59,671 bases of DNA from Eubacteriales bacterium (GCA_045604985.1 JAZUPD010000045.1:1-59671), one strand, 5' to 3'. Shown: positions 39,278 to 49,538, counted from the first letter of the stretch. Translations and numbers: made by a program. Notes: generated from the sequence alone by a model not told the origin.

Positions 39278-40870
39278 TTATTCAATGGGGGCATATCTTG
39301 CCATGATCGCAAGAGCCGTTTTAATTCCGTCAACGGCGGCACTTGTGATCCCGCCCGCATATCCTGCGCCCTCGCCGCAAGGATAGACTCCCGCTCTGCC
39401 GATAGCACACATATCCTCTCCCCTGAGAATCCGCAAGGGAGCAGAGGTTCTCGTTTCAAATCCGGAAAGCACCGCATCTCTTGACGAAAAGCCCTCAATG
39501 CGCCTCTCAAAGCCCATTATTCCTCTTTTTAGCTCTCTTGTGACAAATCTCGGAAGCAGCGAACCAAGCTCTGCCACCTTAAATTTACCGCCACCCATAT
39601 AGGTAGGCATGATACGCTTTGGCTCACTTACAGCCTTATCCTCAATAAAATCTCCAAAGGTCTGAACAGGAACACAATAGTTTTCACCGCCGGCCACAAA
39701 AGCAGCCCTTTCAAGATTTCTCTGAAATTCGATCGCTCCCTTCACGCTTCTGCCGTAATCCTCTGCTTTAACAGACACCGCAACCGCAGAATTGGCGTTT
39801 TTACCGTCTCTTGCAAATCGGCTCATACCGTTTACAACAACTCCATACTCCTCGCTTGCCGCAGCAACCACCTCACCGCCGGGGCACATACAAAAGGTAT
39901 AGACACCTCGCTCACCCGTGGTGTCCGAAAGGTTGTATTCTCCTTTTCCTAGCTTTGGATGACCTGCGTATTTACCGAAAAGTGCTTTATCTATATCGGT
40001 TTGGAGATGCTCAATTCTAACCCCCACTGAAAAAGGCTTAGGTTCGATCATAAAACTGCGTTCGAGAAGCATTTCGTAGGTATCTCTCGCACTGTGGCCG
40101 AGAGCGAGAACCACAGCACCGCAATCAATACTGCCCTCCGTGGTTTCGGCTTTAAGCCCAACAAGATCGGTAAGCCTCGTTTTATATCTTATTTCGCCAC
40201 CACATTCCTCTATCCTTGCCGCCGCATTCGCAACGACATCTCGCAAAATATCTGTTCCTATATGGGGCTTTGACTTATATAACACCTCATCCGGTGCTCC
40301 AAAATCTCGAAGTCTACGCAGAACATAGGAGCATTTTTCATCACTTATTCTCGTTACGAGTTTTCCGTCCGAAAAAGTTCCTGCACCGCCTGCACCAAAC
40401 TGGATATTGGTATTAACATCAAGTCCCGCACCGCAATAAAAGGCGTCAACAGCTCTAGTTCTTTCCTCGACCCGTGCGCCTCTTTCGAGAACGATTGGAG
40501 CATAGCCGTTTTCGGCAAGAAGCAGCGCACAAAATATTCCCGCAGGGCCAAGTCCCACAACAACAGGTCTTGAGTTCAGCCTTTTTTTACCCTTTACGAC
40601 CTCGATTTCATCATTTGCCGCCTCGCTGATACCGTATTTCTGCAATCGGTCAAAAGGAATAGTAATATTTACTTCAGTCTCGGCAAGAACCGAACAAACG
40701 CAAGTGATCGCATCTCTTCGGCGTGCGTCTATAGAACGCTTATAAATTCTGAAGGAAAAATCTCGGCTGCTCATACCTGCTCTTTTTACCTTTAGCTTTG
40801 CCTCGGAAATAAAATCGTCATCGTGTGCATCAAAGGGCTTTTTTATATTGTTTATTATAAACTTTTTCAT
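39278..40870 (-). CDS. FAD-dependent oxidoreductase
   Basis: GLGPAG, GAGGAGTFSDGKL, PHIGTD, FCMCPGG, GEGAGYAGGI. Confidence 0.9.
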   Translation of the reverse strand: MKKFIINNIKKPFDAHDDDFISEAKLKVKRAGMSSRDFSFRIYKRSIDARRRDAITCVCSVLAETEVNITIPFDRLQKYGISEAANDEIEVVKGKKRLNSRPVVVGLGPAGIFCALLLAENGYAPIVLERGARVEERTRAVDAFYCGAGLDVNTNIQFGAGGAGTFSDGKLVTRISDEKCSYVLRRLRDFGAPDEVLYKSKPHIGTDILRDVVANAAARIEECGGEIRYKTRLTDLVGLKAETTEGSIDCGAVVLALGHSARDTYEMLLERSFMIEPKPFSVGVRIEHLQTDIDKALFGKYAGHPKLGKGEYNLSDTTGERGVYTFCMCPGGEVVAAASEEYGVVVNGMSRFARDGKNANSAVAVSVKAEDYGRSVKGAIEFQRNLERAAFVAGGENYCVPVQTFGDFIEDKAVSEPKRIMPTYMGGGKFKVAELGSLLPRFVTRELKRGIMGFERRIEGFSSRDAVLSGFETRTSAPLRILRGEDMCAIGRAGVYPCGEGAGYAGGITSAAVDGIKTALAIMARYAPIE

Positions 40871-40873
40871 TTT

Positions 40874-42178
40874 TTAATCTTCTGTATCGTATATCACAAC
40901 ATCCATCTTTCCCACAATAATAGGATAGAGAGTGAAACTAACGTCAAGAGGTTTGACTGTAGGATATCCTGAATATGTTCCGTCGGGATTCTTTTTTAAA
41001 GTCGAAAGATCTAACTCAACACCGAAATTATCAAGCTTAACCTTTTTCTGGGAGCTTGAATCCACGATATATCTGAAAGAAAGGTTCTGGCTGATAAGCT
41101 TAAAATCATATCCCGCAGGATTCTTGATCACGACCTTATCGGCAGGAACTTCGATCGAACCGCCCACATATTTAAGAAGCTCGATATCAACCGAAAAATT
41201 CGTCGTTTGATTAACATCAACCACGCCCAAGGGGAGCTTTGCTCCCACGATCATCTCGGTATTTCCACTGATCTTCGTCTCATCAATTTCAGTAAGGTGA
41301 ATATTTTCGATCTGACCAAGGATGGTGGGGTCTCCTCTCAAGGTTATTTCTGATGGAGAAAGCGTCACCTTGATGTTTTTATCATAAATATATCCGTATT
41401 TATAGGTATAGGTCAAAGGAACGGTCTTTTCGGTGAAAACATCAACCTTAACAACAAGAGTTTTAAGAGAAGATGTTATGTAGCCGGAATTTATCTCCGA
41501 GCCGTTTTCATCAAGAAGAACGATAGGCGCACTTGCCGTGGTGCTTGTGGTAAGCTCGCCAAGATCGGGGGATGAACGCGCCTCCTTTACCTTTTCTGCA
41601 ATGCTCTTTGCTCCCGATACAGTTACGCTGTCAACACCTGCACTCAGGACGTGATTATACTCAGAAATAATAGAGTAAGTGGGAATCACAGTCACAGGAA
41701 CATCAATTTCTACCCTCTGATCTATAAAAGTCTTGACGCTTGAAGGTGAGACAACGGTATCAAGCCTATCGGCGCCCTTTACAGAAACAGAAAGCCTGAC
41801 CGTACCTGCTTTATCCACCTCTCCAACATTTACATATGCAACGATATCGTCCTCATCAAGAGAATTGACTCTGTTTTTTGATCCTTCAACGGTAATGCTA
41901 ACAGTCTTATCAAGAAGCTCAAAAACAGCAAGATCTTTTCTTGCAAGAGAAGTCTCGCCCTCGATAACAACGCTGATATTATCAAATCTGCGGAGTGCCG
42001 TTTCTGCATTATCATCATAAACATTTACCCAAACAAAAACTGCGCCAAGGAGACAAAGGATATATATAAAAGTTGATGTTAGCCTTATCGAAAGCTTGCC
42101 GATCTTAAAGGTTCGCTTTTCAAGAAAGGATCTTACTTCCTCAAACTTTTTTCGAAGATTGTTATTCCAGTTCTTCAT
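40874..42178 (-). CDS. cdaR: CdaR/YbbR-repeat regulator of diadenylate cyclase
   Basis: single TM followed by repeated V.V.G beta-rich modules; directly downstream of the DAC gene. Confidence 0.8.
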   Translation of the reverse strand: MKNWNNNLRKKFEEVRSFLEKRTFKIGKLSIRLTSTFIYILCLLGAVFVWVNVYDDNAETALRRFDNISVVIEGETSLARKDLAVFELLDKTVSITVEGSKNRVNSLDEDDIVAYVNVGEVDKAGTVRLSVSVKGADRLDTVVSPSSVKTFIDQRVEIDVPVTVIPTYSIISEYNHVLSAGVDSVTVSGAKSIAEKVKEARSSPDLGELTTSTTASAPIVLLDENGSEINSGYITSSLKTLVVKVDVFTEKTVPLTYTYKYGYIYDKNIKVTLSPSEITLRGDPTILGQIENIHLTEIDETKISGNTEMIVGAKLPLGVVDVNQTTNFSVDIELLKYVGGSIEVPADKVVIKNPAGYDFKLISQNLSFRYIVDSSSQKKVKLDNFGVELDLSTLKKNPDGTYSGYPTVKPLDVSFTLYPIIVGKMDVVIYDTED

Positions 42179-42193
42179 AGCCTTGCCCCTTTC

Positions 42194-43075
42194 TTATTTA
42201 TTAGTTGAGATCCGATCTTTATTATTTTGTTTTTCTTCGTCATTTTTGACTATAAGATTTCTTTTTAACATCAAATAAAGCGCATCTACCGTTACAGCAC
42301 TTTTCAGTTCTCCGTCGATTGCATATGAGATATGTCCCGTTTCCTCGGATACCATAACCGCAATGCAATCATTATCGCCCTCTGTTGCACCTACACCCGC
42401 CTTGTGTCTTGATCCCAGATCAATGGGCAGCAGCGGATTATTTGAAATCTCATCAAAAAGTACTCTTGCCTTTAAAATTCTGAAATCACTGATAACGACT
42501 GCCCCATCATGAAGAGGAGAATTTTTAAAGAATATGTTTTCAATAAGCTCACTTGTAATATCACTATTAAGACTTACTGCTTTCATTTCGTCATAGGAAT
42601 TTAATTCTTTTTCCTTTTGGAAGATAATAAGCGCTCCAACATAATGCTTTGACATATTCTGGATGGCACGGCAAATATTCTCGATCGCAATCAGTTGTTC
42701 GTCATCGCCTATCAGTATTCTCTTTGAGCCAAAGCGTTTGCTTGCATAGCCGACATTTTCCAAAAGCGTCCTGATTTCAGGCTGGAATATTACAACGATT
42801 GCAATAAGACCGAATTGCATTACAGTTTCAAGCACATAGAAGGTCGCTCTAAGATTAAGCAGATACGAAACGAGCGTGAGAAGCAAAACGGCAAAGATAC
42901 CAACAAGAAGCCTTCCCGACCTTTTTTTCATAATGCCAATAAGAAATTTTGTGCAAATATAGAGGAGAACCGAAAGTACAAAAATATCTACGATATTTAA
43001 AATTACACGGAAAATTGCGGAACTTGAGCTTATCTCCGAGATCCAATATGACAAATTTTCTCTGATATTGAGCAT
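42194..43075 (-). CDS. cdaA: membrane diadenylate cyclase CdaA/DacA
   Basis: 3 TM, IFQPEIR..LE, GALI, PLHDGAV, GSRHKA, VSEETG.IS. Confidence 0.9.
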   Translation of the reverse strand: MLNIRENLSYWISEISSSSAIFRVILNIVDIFVLSVLLYICTKFLIGIMKKRSGRLLVGIFAVLLLTLVSYLLNLRATFYVLETVMQFGLIAIVVIFQPEIRTLLENVGYASKRFGSKRILIGDDEQLIAIENICRAIQNMSKHYVGALIIFQKEKELNSYDEMKAVSLNSDITSELIENIFFKNSPLHDGAVVISDFRILKARVLFDEISNNPLLPIDLGSRHKAGVGATEGDNDCIAVMVSEETGHISYAIDGELKSAVTVDALYLMLKRNLIVKNDEEKQNNKDRISTNK

Positions 43076-43194
43076 TTGATCACCTCCAAGCAAAGGATAG
43101 AATACGCAATTATAATTATATATTATATATTATAACACATATTACACCATTTTTCAAATAAATATTGTAAATATTTTTTAATTTTATAAAAAAT

Positions 43195-43235
43195 CAACGT
43201 CCCGCTCGCAAAATAATGCAAGCGGGACGTTTTTT
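43195..43235. terminator. terminator after the large surface protein gene
   Basis: AACGTCCCGCT.GCA..TGC.AGCGGGACGTT with flanking A/T runs. Confidence 0.75.
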
Positions 43236-43255
43236 ATTTAATTTTTGATAACAAC

Positions 43256-46200
43256 TTACTGATTTCCTTTGAATTTCTGAATGTCAAGCCAGCAAATGTT
43301 GTTAGAGAGATCTGCGCCTTTCGCTATAAATCTTTCGCATACAAATTCAAGATTTGTGCTGTTATAATTCAGTCCGTCACTACCGATAAGGTCAGAATAA
43401 ACGACATAATCGTTTCCTTCCTCATCTTCGTAAATAACATAACCTCTGAAAGTTACATTCTTCATATAGTTTTCAGCGGAGAAATAAGTGACCGTGCAAG
43501 CATATTCAATCTTGCTTTTACTTTCGGAAAGAATATTACCAACTCTATAGCCGTTCTTATAAATAGTCTTAACAGCTGCAAAGTCGTGTGAACCATATAC
43601 CCCATCCTCTTTTTCAAAGATGGTAAGCTCTACTTCTGCAGCTTCAAGCTTTTCTGTGGCAGCGAGCAAGCCACCATACTCAATCACCTTGAATCCCATT
43701 GCTTCAAAAGCTGCCATAGCATAAAGATCTACAGAGAACATAGAACGGAGTCCGTTATATGTTATTTCTCTGATTTTGTAGCCATCAAAGCTGACGATGT
43801 CTGCTGCGGTGACGACTATTTTCTCAAATTTGATACTTCTGTCAATAGCGTTTTCAGCAAAATAAGCATTTGCCCAGCTTACAAATTCTTCAGCCGTTGA
43901 GCCGGAATAACCCTTAACGGTTGTGAGACCTTTCATAATAGTTACAAAGGTTTCATAATCATTCTGGGTTTCACTATAACTTCCAACAAAGAGAGCTTCG
44001 GGATTTTTAACTGTGATCGTCGTGATAGTAGTATTATTATTTTTATTACTAGTCGTCCAAGAATAATCAGATGAGTAAAAGGGTTTTGCAGGAACTGCAC
44101 TCCAGCCTGCGGGGAATTCCAATTCGCTAACCTGCCATTTTTTGTCGGTTGATACTCCGCTTATAAGAGATCTGTCTGCAATTGAAGAAATATTTTCCGG
44201 TAAAACTATGGTTTTGAGCTTGTTCTCCCAAGAGAGCGCTTCGCTTCCGATACTTACATTCTCAGCGAAAATGATCTTTTCAAGAGCGTTTCTATCAAGT
44301 GCAAATGAACCAATAGTAGTAATATTGGAAAGATTGAACGTCTTCTCCTCGACTTCCTGACCATAGGTATATACGGTATGAAGATTAGACATATTTTCGC
44401 TGAGAGCATGGCCTTCAATTGACTTGCAACTCACAGGAAGCTCAAGAATTTCTATATTTTTGAAATTTTGAATACCCCTATTAAGAACCGTGATCGGAGC
44501 TTTGATTCGAACTATAGTTGTGTTCGTTTTGTATTCATCGTCAATATCCCAGCTACCCCAAGCATTGGGAAGCGTTGTAATTTCGCCTGATATCGTTACG
44601 GAATACTTGCCGTCATCAAGAGCACTCACAGACCACTTTGCACCTTGATATTCTCCTGATGCAACTGCATCGTCATCAAGGTCTACAAATGAAATACTTC
44701 TGTCAATAGCGTTTTCAGCAAAATAAGCATTTGCCCAGTTTACAAATTCTTCTGCCGTTGAGCCGGAATAACCATTAACGGTTGTGAGCGCAGTGAAATT
44801 ATTAAGGAACGCACTATAAGGAGCTTCCTCTGTTGCACCTTCAAATACTGCATCAGGATTATTGATTGTAATAGTGGTAACAAACGGATTAGCCACCGGA
44901 GCTACCGACGAGTAATCAGAAACACCAAAACAACTATACTGAACTGTAGTCATGCTCTTAGGGAAACTGATGGTTGTAAGCTTGTTTTTAGAACTCTGTT
45001 TGTAGCCAACGAATGAATTTTCGCCCAAAGTGGATCCTTCCGAAATCTCTACAGATTCCAGAGCAGTATTCCATCTAAATGCCTCTATGCTAATGGCGGT
45101 GTTTTCGCCGAATATTATGTTCTTAAACGCTGCATTAGCAAATGCATACGCAGGAATATAATTAAAGTTCGAAAGATTAGCAGTTCCTTCTACGACAGTC
45201 TGACCCGTTGTATAAACTGTATCGAGAGAACTCATACCGTTGAAGCAGCTTTCGCTTGTCCATTCCCAATTCTTAAGAGATTCGGGCAATTCAATGGTTT
45301 TTACATACTTAAAGGAATTAAAGGTATAACCATCAATTCTAGTTACCGGAGCTTGAATAACGATTTTTGTCAGTTTATTTAGTGAACCGCTGGAATAGGG
45401 ATAAAAGTCGAACACTTCATGAGCTGCGCTGTCCCAGCCATAAAGACCTGTTCCGCTAAATCCGTAAACATTGTTTTGTGAATCATAAGGTCTGATGCGT
45501 GTTCCTGTACCATAAATGTACATAACGCGTTCGCCATTTTCAATAACGATTTTCCAGTTAAGATTGTCTCCTGCATTACCAATTGCAATAACATTTTCCA
45601 TTAAATAGAAAGGAATGTCGTTATCATTAGCATATGTTTCAGCAGAAGAACCGGAAACGCCGTAAATTGCAGTAAGTTTGGTGGTATTACTCTCGGTTTT
45701 AAGGAAATTAGAACTGATGGCAGTATCCTTGCCGTTAACCACAAGGGTTTTAAGTTTTGAGCAGTTGAAAAAAGCTCTATCGTCGAGAGATGTCACTGCT
45801 TCGGGAATTTCTACCTTAGTAAGTGAAGAATTGTAGCTGATAAACTTTGCTGGAATAGCACATGTAAGTGCGTCAGAAAACTTAACTTCCTGCAGAACGC
45901 TTTGTCCCGATCCGTCAAAATGAAGAGAACCCGACAAGGTAGTGATATAGGAGAGATCATAAGTTCCGACGATCTGGTCGTTTCCTTTGACATATATTGT
46001 CGAAAGATTAGCGCATCCACCAAATGCCCACTCGCCAATTTTCGTTATATTCTTTGTAAGCTCAACTGTTGTAAGACCGGAGATACCGTAGAACGTATTG
46101 CTACCGATATTTGTAACAGAATCGCAGAACTTGATAGTCTTTATCTTATCTTGATAAGGATAGAATACAGATTTGCTTTCCTGTCCCCATCCGCCGGAGC

Positions 46201-48778
46201 CGGAATAAGTCGTTGTTCCGGTACCATCAATAGTGAGAACACCCGTGCTTATATCGAGGAGCCATGTAAGATCTGTACCTGCAGATCCAGTTGCACCAAG
46301 GTTTGTAAATGTATTGCCATTTTGTTCCGCAAAAGTCTTTGCATACGCATTGTCATAGGACACGATGGTTGCATCGTCTTTGATTGCGGACTCTGCAATT
46401 TCGGTAACCGAAACAGGAACGGTTACAGTTGCACCGTCTACAGCAAAAGCATTATCTCCGATAGCTGTTATGCCCTCAAAAATGTCAACCTTCGTTATAT
46501 TGTAGCTTGACCAAGGTGCGCTTGAATAGCTTGCATACGCAGGAATTGCTCCTTTACCCTTGATTGTAAGAGTACCGTCGTTGCCGGCGATCCAAAGACC
46601 AACGCCCTCAATATTTCCATATCCTGCCGCATCGCCAACACCCGTCATATTGTAGGTTGCGCTGAGGGCGGGAGATGTAAATGTAACGCTAGCATCGTCA
46701 ATATCAGTATAAATCTTACCGTCTTCAAGAGTAATGCTGTTTCCATCAACAAGTATTCCCTGTGCCGAAACCCAAAGAGGCGTGGGAATAAGAGCATAAT
46801 AGGTATTTGATCCGGTAACAGAGGTCTGTCCCAGCACACCGTCTGCAGTATAGAGCTTAATTTCGCCACCTGTCGTGGGTCTACCGCCCCAATTCATGCA
46901 GGCATCGAGAACGATCGCAGCATTTTCGCCGTTAAGTGTACCATCATTTTCGATAACCCAAACCTTACTGTTTACATCATTATGGAGAGAGTAGATCTCA
47001 GCAAGTTTTGCATTGATATTTGTAAGACCGGTGCCGGTAAGAACAACGCCGATGGCATCGGCTGTGCTTGATGTTGCAAGAGCCTTGAAATCAACGGTCG
47101 TGTTCTTATCAACTACGTAAATATCAACTGTTGAACCACTATTTTCGGCAACCTTTGACCATGCAGTGTTAAAATCTGCAAAAAACGTCTCGTCGATCTC
47201 GGTTTTTGCATTTACAACATTTTCGGTATTGGTATTGCTTGTTTTACTGATGGTCTCATAGTAAGGAGCACTGTTTTTATCAGGTGAATGTCCTTGAGAC
47301 TGGCAAGCAGTCAGGGATACATTACATCTAAGACTATTATAAATTGAAAGTGCAGTAGACGGAGGGACGTGAATATCATTAAGACCAATAGTTATTTGTA
47401 CATCACAAGCGGGATCTATAAGTGAAGCAAGATGAGCGGTGTCAACGTAATGAAGTCCTTCACCGTAACCGCTTCTGATTTGAGAGGGCTTATAACGGTC
47501 AGAATCTTCTGTTACAACGCCCTGGTCGGCAAACCACGGAACACCTGCACTGACTGAAGTAACCGCTCCATTGCTAAGTCCTGCAACCGCAAGAGCTTGA
47601 TAGCCACCTTGGGATACGCCGTTTGTAGTTATCTTTTGTCCATCCCAAATACCTACCCAATCTTCATAGCCTTCAACTCCCTCTCCAAAATAAAGCTTCA
47701 GGAAGTTCAATGCCTGAACATCTCGCATAAGCATATACTTATAGTATGTAGTATGCGGGCTTGCGTTCTCAGTAGCATTATTACCGTGCGACTTTGTATA
47801 TCCGTACGTCTCATAGAGATAACCGCCGGCAGTGTCACCCTTATAATAATCACCGATATAGTGATCTCCATCAACCCATTCTGTACCTATATCCGCTTCT
47901 GCAACATTGTGAGGAGCCGGAACGGAGTGTGGAGAAACGCTGAGAGTTATTGAGTTAGAGTTACAAATGCTTGACTGAGGTTCAATGCTTGTATTTGATC
48001 CACTTGCGCTTATCAAGTCACGGCCTTTATAGAGAAGGCGGAGACCCAGTCCTGACTTATACTCTGTGCTTACCAAGGATTCCATAGGAATCGTAAGATA
48101 TGCCATGACGTGGTTTGTGTTGGTCCAAGTACCGAGTGTATTAAAATATTCGTCAGTCGGGCAACTAATCTCAAGTTCATAGCATTGGTATTTAGTTAAA
48201 TTAAAGATTTTAGTACCCAAATCCTTAATGAACTTGATAGTTGGCTTTCCTTCCGGTGTTGAAAGAGGGGCAAGAGTTTCTTCCCAAAAAGCTTCAAAAT
48301 CGCCAAACTCATTGTCATAGTCGGGCTTTCCGTAAATAGGATAAATCTCTGTAACCTCAGCTCCCGCACCGCATAAATATGACGATACAGCAGATATTAC
48401 GTTCTTTGAAGCATCTGCTGCTCTTACGGACATCCATACAAAACCCGGACGGCGAAGGCCTCCCGCAAGAGTTACAGTATATACCCCATCAACAGGCTCG
48501 ACATATCCGGTTAGCTTTCTGCCGTCATCCATAGTTGCGCTATATGAAAGATATGGTGCCGTAACAACGGTTGAACCACTCTTGAGCTGGAATTTAAAAA
48601 TCATATCCTCACCGACTTTATAATCAAGCGGTTCGTTAACCTTGATTTCACTGATAACAGCACTTGAAACCGTTGAAATATCGGCATAGTCTGCAGCTGT
48701 TACAGTGAAAGGGAATGATGCGGCTACCATCAATATAGCAAGAAGGCACGCCGTGAGTTTTTTGAAATTGATTTTCAT
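43256..48778 (-). CDS. 1840-aa secreted protein: CE7/AXE1-like esterase + BspA-type LRR modules + C-terminal beta domain
   Basis: signal peptide; GVSQGG, GLND.HVPPST, GH triad; repeated I...AF/F..C LRR units with W....G.L.I.G.G and GS.AE.FA caps. Confidence 0.8.
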   Translation of the reverse strand: MKINFKKLTACLLAILMVAASFPFTVTAADYADISTVSSAVISEIKVNEPLDYKVGEDMIFKFQLKSGSTVVTAPYLSYSATMDDGRKLTGYVEPVDGVYTVTLAGGLRRPGFVWMSVRAADASKNVISAVSSYLCGAGAEVTEIYPIYGKPDYDNEFGDFEAFWEETLAPLSTPEGKPTIKFIKDLGTKIFNLTKYQCYELEISCPTDEYFNTLGTWTNTNHVMAYLTIPMESLVSTEYKSGLGLRLLYKGRDLISASGSNTSIEPQSSICNSNSITLSVSPHSVPAPHNVAEADIGTEWVDGDHYIGDYYKGDTAGGYLYETYGYTKSHGNNATENASPHTTYYKYMLMRDVQALNFLKLYFGEGVEGYEDWVGIWDGQKITTNGVSQGGYQALAVAGLSNGAVTSVSAGVPWFADQGVVTEDSDRYKPSQIRSGYGEGLHYVDTAHLASLIDPACDVQITIGLNDIHVPPSTALSIYNSLRCNVSLTACQSQGHSPDKNSAPYYETISKTSNTNTENVVNAKTEIDETFFADFNTAWSKVAENSGSTVDIYVVDKNTTVDFKALATSSTADAIGVVLTGTGLTNINAKLAEIYSLHNDVNSKVWVIENDGTLNGENAAIVLDACMNWGGRPTTGGEIKLYTADGVLGQTSVTGSNTYYALIPTPLWVSAQGILVDGNSITLEDGKIYTDIDDASVTFTSPALSATYNMTGVGDAAGYGNIEGVGLWIAGNDGTLTIKGKGAIPAYASYSSAPWSSYNITKVDIFEGITAIGDNAFAVDGATVTVPVSVTEIAESAIKDDATIVSYDNAYAKTFAEQNGNTFTNLGATGSAGTDLTWLLDISTGVLTIDGTGTTTYSGSGGWGQESKSVFYPYQDKIKTIKFCDSVTNIGSNTFYGISGLTTVELTKNITKIGEWAFGGCANLSTIYVKGNDQIVGTYDLSYITTLSGSLHFDGSGQSVLQEVKFSDALTCAIPAKFISYNSSLTKVEIPEAVTSLDDRAFFNCSKLKTLVVNGKDTAISSNFLKTESNTTKLTAIYGVSGSSAETYANDNDIPFYLMENVIAIGNAGDNLNWKIVIENGERVMYIYGTGTRIRPYDSQNNVYGFSGTGLYGWDSAAHEVFDFYPYSSGSLNKLTKIVIQAPVTRIDGYTFNSFKYVKTIELPESLKNWEWTSESCFNGMSSLDTVYTTGQTVVEGTANLSNFNYIPAYAFANAAFKNIIFGENTAISIEAFRWNTALESVEISEGSTLGENSFVGYKQSSKNKLTTISFPKSMTTVQYSCFGVSDYSSVAPVANPFVTTITINNPDAVFEGATEEAPYSAFLNNFTALTTVNGYSGSTAEEFVNWANAYFAENAIDRSISFVDLDDDAVASGEYQGAKWSVSALDDGKYSVTISGEITTLPNAWGSWDIDDEYKTNTTIVRIKAPITVLNRGIQNFKNIEILELPVSCKSIEGHALSENMSNLHTVYTYGQEVEEKTFNLSNITTIGSFALDRNALEKIIFAENVSIGSEALSWENKLKTIVLPENISSIADRSLISGVSTDKKWQVSELEFPAGWSAVPAKPFYSSDYSWTTSNKNNNTTITTITVKNPEALFVGSYSETQNDYETFVTIMKGLTTVKGYSGSTAEEFVSWANAYFAENAIDRSIKFEKIVVTAADIVSFDGYKIREITYNGLRSMFSVDLYAMAAFEAMGFKVIEYGGLLAATEKLEAAEVELTIFEKEDGVYGSHDFAAVKTIYKNGYRVGNILSESKSKIEYACTVTYFSAENYMKNVTFRGYVIYEDEEGNDYVVYSDLIGSDGLNYNSTNLEFVCERFIAKGADLSNNICWLDIQKFKGNQ
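43833..44788. repeat. 95-bp internal direct repeat pair
   Basis: 43833-43927 vs 44694-44788, 3 mismatches counted by eye; both encode LTTVxGYSGSTAEEFVxWANAYFAENAIDRS. Confidence 0.85.
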
Positions 48779-48971
48779 GACTAGACTAAGTTCCTTTCTT
48801 TTTCTGTTTTTCGCTTATAAAAAATTGGTTTGCGAACTTAAGTATGGGTATATTTTATCACATAGAAATCTCGATATCAACTTTTATTACGGTGATAACT
48901 GCAAAATAAGGAAATTATTATATTGACAAACATTATTCCTAATATTGCAGCACAATTTTTTCGTATTAAAA

Positions 48972-49538
48972 TCAACCGAGATTGACCTTACAGCCTTCAA
49001 AGGTAAACAAAACATCCTCCAAATTCTGATTTGTGTTATCTCCTATGTTAGAAACGAGGCTAAGTTCCGTTTCACCGCTTGCGCCTTCAAGGATCTGGAA
49101 AGACATAACATAAAGGACGCCGTCTTCTTTAAAATCGGTAGGGTTAAAGTAAAGTGCAGTTGCAAATTCAAGATCAGCAACAGCATCGCCTCCCTGCTGA
49201 ATGTTAGAAATGATATTTGAGGGTTCAAGAAGCTCGGAATCTGTGATCTCAACGGGTATCAGCTTTGTGTTGTCATAATGAAGTTGAATATTAAAAGCCG
49301 CAACTCCCTGATTTCCTGAAATCGAAACACTCGCAAATAGTTGGTTTCCAACAACCTCGGCAGACACCGAAATAACACCGCCATCAACCTTAACAGCGGT
49401 TTCGGGAGCATCCCCCGTTATTGCGCTCGTGCCAGCATTATTACTTTCCGCATCACCCTCGACCTTATCTCCGCATGAAGCGAGACAAGCAAGGACGAGA
49501 ACTAAGGAAAGAAGAAGAATTAAAATTCTTGATTTCAT
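48972..49538 (-). CDS. lipoprotein with a single cohesin domain
   Basis: lipobox LASC; V.ISGNQGVAAFNIQLHYD..KL, DGVL..MSFQI...ASG, G.V.L cohesin pattern. Confidence 0.75.
   Translation of the reverse strand: MKSRILILLLSLVLVLACLASCGDKVEGDAESNNAGTSAITGDAPETAVKVDGGVISVSAEVVGNQLFASVSISGNQGVAAFNIQLHYDNTKLIPVEITDSELLEPSNIISNIQQGGDAVADLEFATALYFNPTDFKEDGVLYVMSFQILEGASGETELSLVSNIGDNTNQNLEDVLFTFEGCKVNLG

Noticed and set aside
43833-44788. 95-bp repeat pair as DGR template/variable repeats
   Set aside because: Both copies are coding, the mismatches are not all at adenines of one copy, and there is no reverse transcriptase in the window.
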